NCBI GenBank assembly: GCA_048940445.1
Contig: JBHLON010000001.1
Coordinates: 96,001 to 160,000, forward strand
DNA: 64,000 bases
Source of the DNA: Promethearchaeota archaeon
Lineage (GTDB): Archaea; Asgardarchaeota; Lokiarchaeia; Sigyniarchaeales; SOKP01
Reading direction: 5' to 3'
The notes under the pieces were generated by a model, which was given only the letters and a program-made list of their open reading frames with translations, was not told the DNA's origin and searched no databases. Below, piece by piece: positions 59,668 to 64,000 of this stretch; position 1 is the stretch's first letter, and the number at the start of each line of letters is the position of its first letter. A program made the translations under genes and the position numbers.

Positions 59668-60570
59668 ATGTTAATTTATTGGTTAGGCGTTTTATTAGCA
59701 ATTTTATCAGGCCTTTCACATTTCACTGGAATATTAATTGAAAAAATGATAATCAATAAATTAAATCCTGATGCAAAATTAATGAGAAGTCTGGTAAGAA
59801 CTCCATTATGGATATTTGCATTATTCCTTCGTTTTGGATTAGGAACTATTTTTTTTTTGATGGCTCAAATCTTTATTGGCCCAGCAATCATTCCAGGGTT
59901 AATGGCTTCTGGATTAATAATATTGGCAATTGGTTCAGTAAAAGTAATTGGTGAGAAATTAACATTTTCAGAAATTCTAGCTATCTTCATGATGGTTTGT
60001 GCTATTACCTTTCTTGGATTAAGTGAATTGTCAATAGAGTTATCTGAATTTAATTTATTACAATTTGATTTCATAATTAGGATGAGTGTTTATACGCTAG
60101 CTTTGGTTATAGCTGCGGTAACATTTCATTTTATTCAATCAAAATATGGAAAATATAGAGGAATTTTGTTAGCATTACTTTCGGGATGCATGTTCTCATT
60201 AGCAAATTTTTGGACTGGAATTTTAATGGGTGTAATCGCTAAAATATTTAGCACAATATTTAGTCTTGGAGATATAATCCTATTTATAATCTCGGCAATA
60301 ATTCTTGTTATAGTAAATTTGCTTGGAGTGGCTAAAATGGCCGCTGCGTTAAGATATGGAGATGCAAGTAAATTAGTTCCGATACAAAACCTACCAACAC
60401 AAACTACCCCTTCAATAGTATACTTTTTAGTGTTTTTATTAATTCCTCCAACTACTTTATCTGTTGTATTTTTTATAATAGCGATTATATTAATTATAAC
60501 TAGTTCATTTATATTAGCAAAGCGGCAAGCAGAGTTAGATAAGATAAAACAAATGAATTCTGAAGAATAA
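59668..60570 (+). CDS. DMT-superfamily transporter (NIPA Mg2+-transporter-like)
   Basis: About 9 TM; L+..PLW, GEKLT, AL.YG.AS..VP patterns. Confidence 0.6.
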   Translation: MLIYWLGVLLAILSGLSHFTGILIEKMIINKLNPDAKLMRSLVRTPLWIFALFLRFGLGTIFFLMAQIFIGPAIIPGLMASGLIILAIGSVKVIGEKLTFSEILAIFMMVCAITFLGLSELSIELSEFNLLQFDFIIRMSVYTLALVIAAVTFHFIQSKYGKYRGILLALLSGCMFSLANFWTGILMGVIAKIFSTIFSLGDIILFIISAIILVIVNLLGVAKMAAALRYGDASKLVPIQNLPTQTTPSIVYFLVFLLIPPTTLSVVFFIIAIILIITSSFILAKRQAELDKIKQMNSEE

Positions 60571-60607
60571 TAGACTTAAATATTTAATGAATTTGTTATG
60601 ATATACA

Positions 60608-62218
60608 ATGGAGAAAAATAATATTATCAAAAACCTTCAAAATGAATTACCTTGGGATAAATTTTTATTAATAATGGAAAATGAAGGTTTTATAAAAACA
60701 GGTTTTCCTAATCTTTCTCAAATAGCAAATAAAAATGAATATACAAAATTATTTCTATCTGGAAAAACGATATTTGTTGACAATAAGCTCCAAGCTGCAG
60801 GTCTTAATGATCCTTCACATCTTTTTTTAACACCATATATAATTTTTAGACCTAAAACAGAGGAACAGTTAAAAAGTGTTATTATCCACTCACAAGAGTT
60901 AAAAATTCCAATAACATTTGCTGGTGGAAAAACTGGATTATCGGGAGGATATTCAAATTATGGAATAATAGTGGATCTTGCAGATCTACATACTTTTGAA
61001 AAACCTTTTTATATAGATTTTAATAAACAAGAAATACTAGTTGAACAGGGCGTAATCATCTCAGATTTAATCAAATATGTTCATTTTCTTAGTAACGGGA
61101 AGTTTATTTTTCCTATTCAACCAGCAAGTGCTTTAAAGCTTCCAGTAAGGGTGGGGGGTATTATAGCTTCAAATGCAAGTGGAATTACATCGGGAAAGTT
61201 AGGTTCGGCAGAGGATTGGATTAAAAGTATGCGAATCATGAACCCTAATGGTAAAATATTTCAATTAAAGAAAACTGATCCACTTTTCAATAAAATTATT
61301 GGTACTAATGGATACTTTGGAGTGATTTTAAGTGCTCGATTTAAATTATTTAAGCCATCCTTAGATGTAAAAAGAGCAATTCTCTTCGGAGATAATATAG
61401 AATTAGCTTTTAATGGGCTTCAATCTATTTTAGAATCTAAGATTTTTCCTCTAATTAGTGAATTTGTAGTCTCAAATCAAAAACTACCTGGATTATTTAA
61501 TAATCTGAAATTTTTAAGTAAAGTTGAATCTAAAATTAAGTGGGGAGTGATGATTAAAGGAACTACCGCGGAGGTAGATTCCTTTATTAATTTAATGATG
61601 AGACAAGGAAATTTAGAATATTTAATTTTAAATGAAGAAGATTTTCAAAATTATATTCAGGAAAGATCTGCTTTTGCTCTATTAGTACAAACTGCAGATT
61701 CATCTGCAGATTATATCGCATTTCCAGGGTTTGAAGATATTTTGAGCGAGCCTAAAAATTTACCAGAAATTATTCATACCATTAATGAGATTTTTGAGAA
61801 ATTTGGATTTCATAAAGTAATTTTTGGATATGGTCACATTAATTTTCGTCGAGGTCAAGGACTATTATTACATATGCGTTTGCCCGTGCCTATTGAATAT
61901 TTTTACAGAGAAAATAATGAGAGATTGAAATTAATATGCAAGACTGTTTACAATGTAATAATTACACTTAAACGGAAGTATCATATTAAACATAAAGCAG
62001 AACACAGTTCAGGACCATTTAAGATTTGGTTAGATGACAATTTTAGGAAGGTTTTACGAAAAAAAATTGAAACTAAGGATGCGTTTGTTAACCCACATTT
62101 AAAAATTTATGAAGAACTTCAGAAAAGACATGGAATTACACCAGGGGAATATCTTTCAGAAGAGGAGCACAAACGACTATTCTTGGAAGCTATGAACTTA
62201 TATCTCTCATTATTTTAA
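60608..62218 (+). CDS. FAD-binding oxidoreductase (GlcD/D-2-hydroxyacid dehydrogenase, VAO family)
   Basis: P.T.EQ, AGGKTGLSGG, VGG.IA.NASG, G..G.FG+I, C-terminal AEH. Confidence 0.8.
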   Translation: MEKNNIIKNLQNELPWDKFLLIMENEGFIKTGFPNLSQIANKNEYTKLFLSGKTIFVDNKLQAAGLNDPSHLFLTPYIIFRPKTEEQLKSVIIHSQELKIPITFAGGKTGLSGGYSNYGIIVDLADLHTFEKPFYIDFNKQEILVEQGVIISDLIKYVHFLSNGKFIFPIQPASALKLPVRVGGIIASNASGITSGKLGSAEDWIKSMRIMNPNGKIFQLKKTDPLFNKIIGTNGYFGVILSARFKLFKPSLDVKRAILFGDNIELAFNGLQSILESKIFPLISEFVVSNQKLPGLFNNLKFLSKVESKIKWGVMIKGTTAEVDSFINLMMRQGNLEYLILNEEDFQNYIQERSAFALLVQTADSSADYIAFPGFEDILSEPKNLPEIIHTINEIFEKFGFHKVIFGYGHINFRRGQGLLLHMRLPVPIEYFYRENNERLKLICKTVYNVIITLKRKYHIKHKAEHSSGPFKIWLDDNFRKVLRKKIETKDAFVNPHLKIYEELQKRHGITPGEYLSEEEHKRLFLEAMNLYLSLF

Positions 62219-62317
62219 TTGAAATATATATGAGCTTCCATTATAAACATTTATAAATTAGATCAGAGAATATTAATTATTTAATTAAATTATATTAATT
62301 AGGGTGGCTCTACATAA

Positions 62318-64000
62318 ATGTCAAATGGTTTCTTTGGGAAGATCCTTTGGGTTGATTTAGATAATAGTTCCTTTAAAGAAGAAAAGCTCGAAGAAAATGC
62401 ATATAGACAATTCTTTGGAGGATACGGTTTAGCATGTAAATTAATATATGAACGACTTCCTCCAAAAATAGATCCTCTTTCTCCAGAGGCAATTCTGGGG
62501 TTTTTCCCCGGATTACTCACAGGTACTATAACGCCTTTAAGTGGTAGGTATATGACAGCTGCTAAATCTCCATTAACAGGAACTTGGGGAGATGCTAATT
62601 CAGGAGGATATTTTGGTCCAGAGATAAAAAAGTGCGGATATGATGGAATATTGTTAACAGGTGCTTTTGATACTCCAAAATATATCTCAATCATAAATGA
62701 ACAGAAAGAGATTTTAGATGCTAATGGTATTTGGGGGTTGGATACAGTGGAAACTGACATAAAGTTAAAAGAGAAATATGGGAATGTGCACGTTTCATGT
62801 ATTGGATTGGCTGGTGAGAAGCAATCTTTAATTTCTGGAATTGTCACTGATAAAGGAAGAATTGCTGCTAGATGTGGATTAGGAGCAGTTATGGGGGTAA
62901 AAATGTTGAAGGCTATCGTACTTAAGGGAAACAATAGAGTTCAAGTGGCAAATAAGGATGCTTTAACCTCTATAACTCAGAAATATAATGAAGGAATTAA
63001 TAATTCTGGAACAGGAACTATCACTGTTTATAAAACTTTGGGTACAAGTGGCTTAAATGATGTTAGTATTCAATCAGGCGATGCTCCCATAAAAAATTGG
63101 GGAGGTAACTTCAATGATAACTTCCAAATGGAAAAAACACGAAAAATAGGAGGTATAGAATTAAATAAGTATAAGATTAGAAAATACGGTTGCTTCTCAT
63201 GTGCAGTTCAATGCGGAGGAATTGTTAAGGTTCCTGAAATCAACCTTGAGGAAAGTCATATACCCGAATATGAAACTTGTGCTTCATTAGGAGCACTTTT
63301 ACTTAATGATGATAAATTATCACTATTTCAAATTAATGATTTATGTAATAGAGCGGGAATAGATACAATATCGATTGGGGGTACAATAGCCTTCGTAATT
63401 GAATGTTATGAAAATGGGATTATTGATAAAAGCCAAACCGATGGTTTAGAACTAAGCTGGGGAAATTCTAAAACAATCATTGAATTAGTTAAAAAAATTA
63501 TAAAAAGACAAGGAATTGGCAATATTTTAGCCGATGGTTGTTATAGAGCCTCAAAGCATTTCGGTAAGGACAGTGAAATATATGCGATACATTCAATGGG
63601 GCAAGAATTAGCTATGCATGATCCTAAATTTTTTAAATCTCTTGGTATGAGTTATGCTTTTGACCCAACACCTGGTAAACACACTAATCCAAGTATTGAT
63701 ATAATGGCTATAGGACCATTGATTAAGCCAAATGGATTGATTAATGGTCTAAGTCTACCAAAAAGATGGAAACGCGTTGGTAGTGAAGATAGAGCTACTG
63801 CTCAAAAAATAGTCGTTGGATTAAAACAAGCTACAAATGCTTTAGGATTGTGTGAATTTCTAAATCTTTACCAAGAATATCCATTAACGGAAGTAATAAG
63901 TTCAGTAGTTGGCTGGGATCTTTCTATTGAGGAAATCTTCGAAGTTGGATACCGTATTCACACTTTGCGTCAAGCATTTACAATTCGAGAGGGTATAATT
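62318..64000 (+). CDS. aor: Tungsten-dependent aldehyde:ferredoxin oxidoreductase (partial, runs off the window)
   Basis: MSNGFFGKILWVDL, KSPLTG..GDANSGG, GYDG, IG.AGE, AAR.GLGAVMG.K.LKAI, CFSCAVQC, PEYET, G+DTIS; absent from the track because no stop falls in the window. Confidence 0.93.
   Translation, partial: MSNGFFGKILWVDLDNSSFKEEKLEENAYRQFFGGYGLACKLIYERLPPKIDPLSPEAILGFFPGLLTGTITPLSGRYMTAAKSPLTGTWGDANSGGYFGPEIKKCGYDGILLTGAFDTPKYISIINEQKEILDANGIWGLDTVETDIKLKEKYGNVHVSCIGLAGEKQSLISGIVTDKGRIAARCGLGAVMGVKMLKAIVLKGNNRVQVANKDALTSITQKYNEGINNSGTGTITVYKTLGTSGLNDVSIQSGDAPIKNWGGNFNDNFQMEKTRKIGGIELNKYKIRKYGCFSCAVQCGGIVKVPEINLEESHIPEYETCASLGALLLNDDKLSLFQINDLCNRAGIDTISIGGTIAFVIECYENGIIDKSQTDGLELSWGNSKTIIELVKKIIKRQGIGNILADGCYRASKHFGKDSEIYAIHSMGQELAMHDPKFFKSLGMSYAFDPTPGKHTNPSIDIMAIGPLIKPNGLINGLSLPKRWKRVGSEDRATAQKIVVGLKQATNALGLCEFLNLYQEYPLTEVISSVVGWDLSIEEIFEVGYRIHTLRQAFTIREGII

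Noticed and set aside
62299-62934. 211-aa minus-strand ORF in the track
   Set aside because: Antisense shadow of the AOR gene starting at 62318 on the plus strand
1-64000. CRISPR arrays, rRNA, transposases/integrases, selenoprotein UGA read-through or SECIS elements
   Set aside because: No spaced direct repeats, rRNA-like segments, recombinase motifs or conserved domains split by an in-frame TGA were seen by eye; a covariance-model search would be needed to exclude small ncRNAs

Overview
AT-rich archaeal chromosomal segment. Gene content points to an Asgard archaeon, most likely Lokiarchaeia: an ESCRT-II/III-Vps4 cluster, a Rab-like GTPase, a longin-type protein, a HEAT-LRR protein and BHB-intron tRNAs. 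It holds about 60 CDSs, partial genes at both ends (a probable sirtuin C-terminus and an aldehyde:ferredoxin oxidoreductase N-terminus) and two intron-containing tRNAs. I found no CRISPR array, rRNA or transposase. The best candidate for an undescribed system is a 9.4 kb cluster (40302-49673) with a CDP-alcohol phosphatidyltransferase, three GT2 glycosyltransferases, a NodB-type deacetylase, a membrane-fused left-handed beta-helix acyltransferase, a LuxE-like acyl-protein synthetase without LuxC, a radical SAM enzyme and an alpha/beta hydrolase. Together these look like a pathway for an acylated glyco(phospho)lipid. Other notable points: a 31-nt D-loop intron in tRNA-Val(GAC); probable non-canonical start codons (ATC/ATT for vps4, CTG for glycogen phosphorylase, ATA for a membrane Zn-finger gene); a MIM1-like helix on Vps25; a decayed copy of the larB 5' end; and a His-rich insertion in NikR next to larBC. 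All assignments come from reading motifs by eye; no searches were run.
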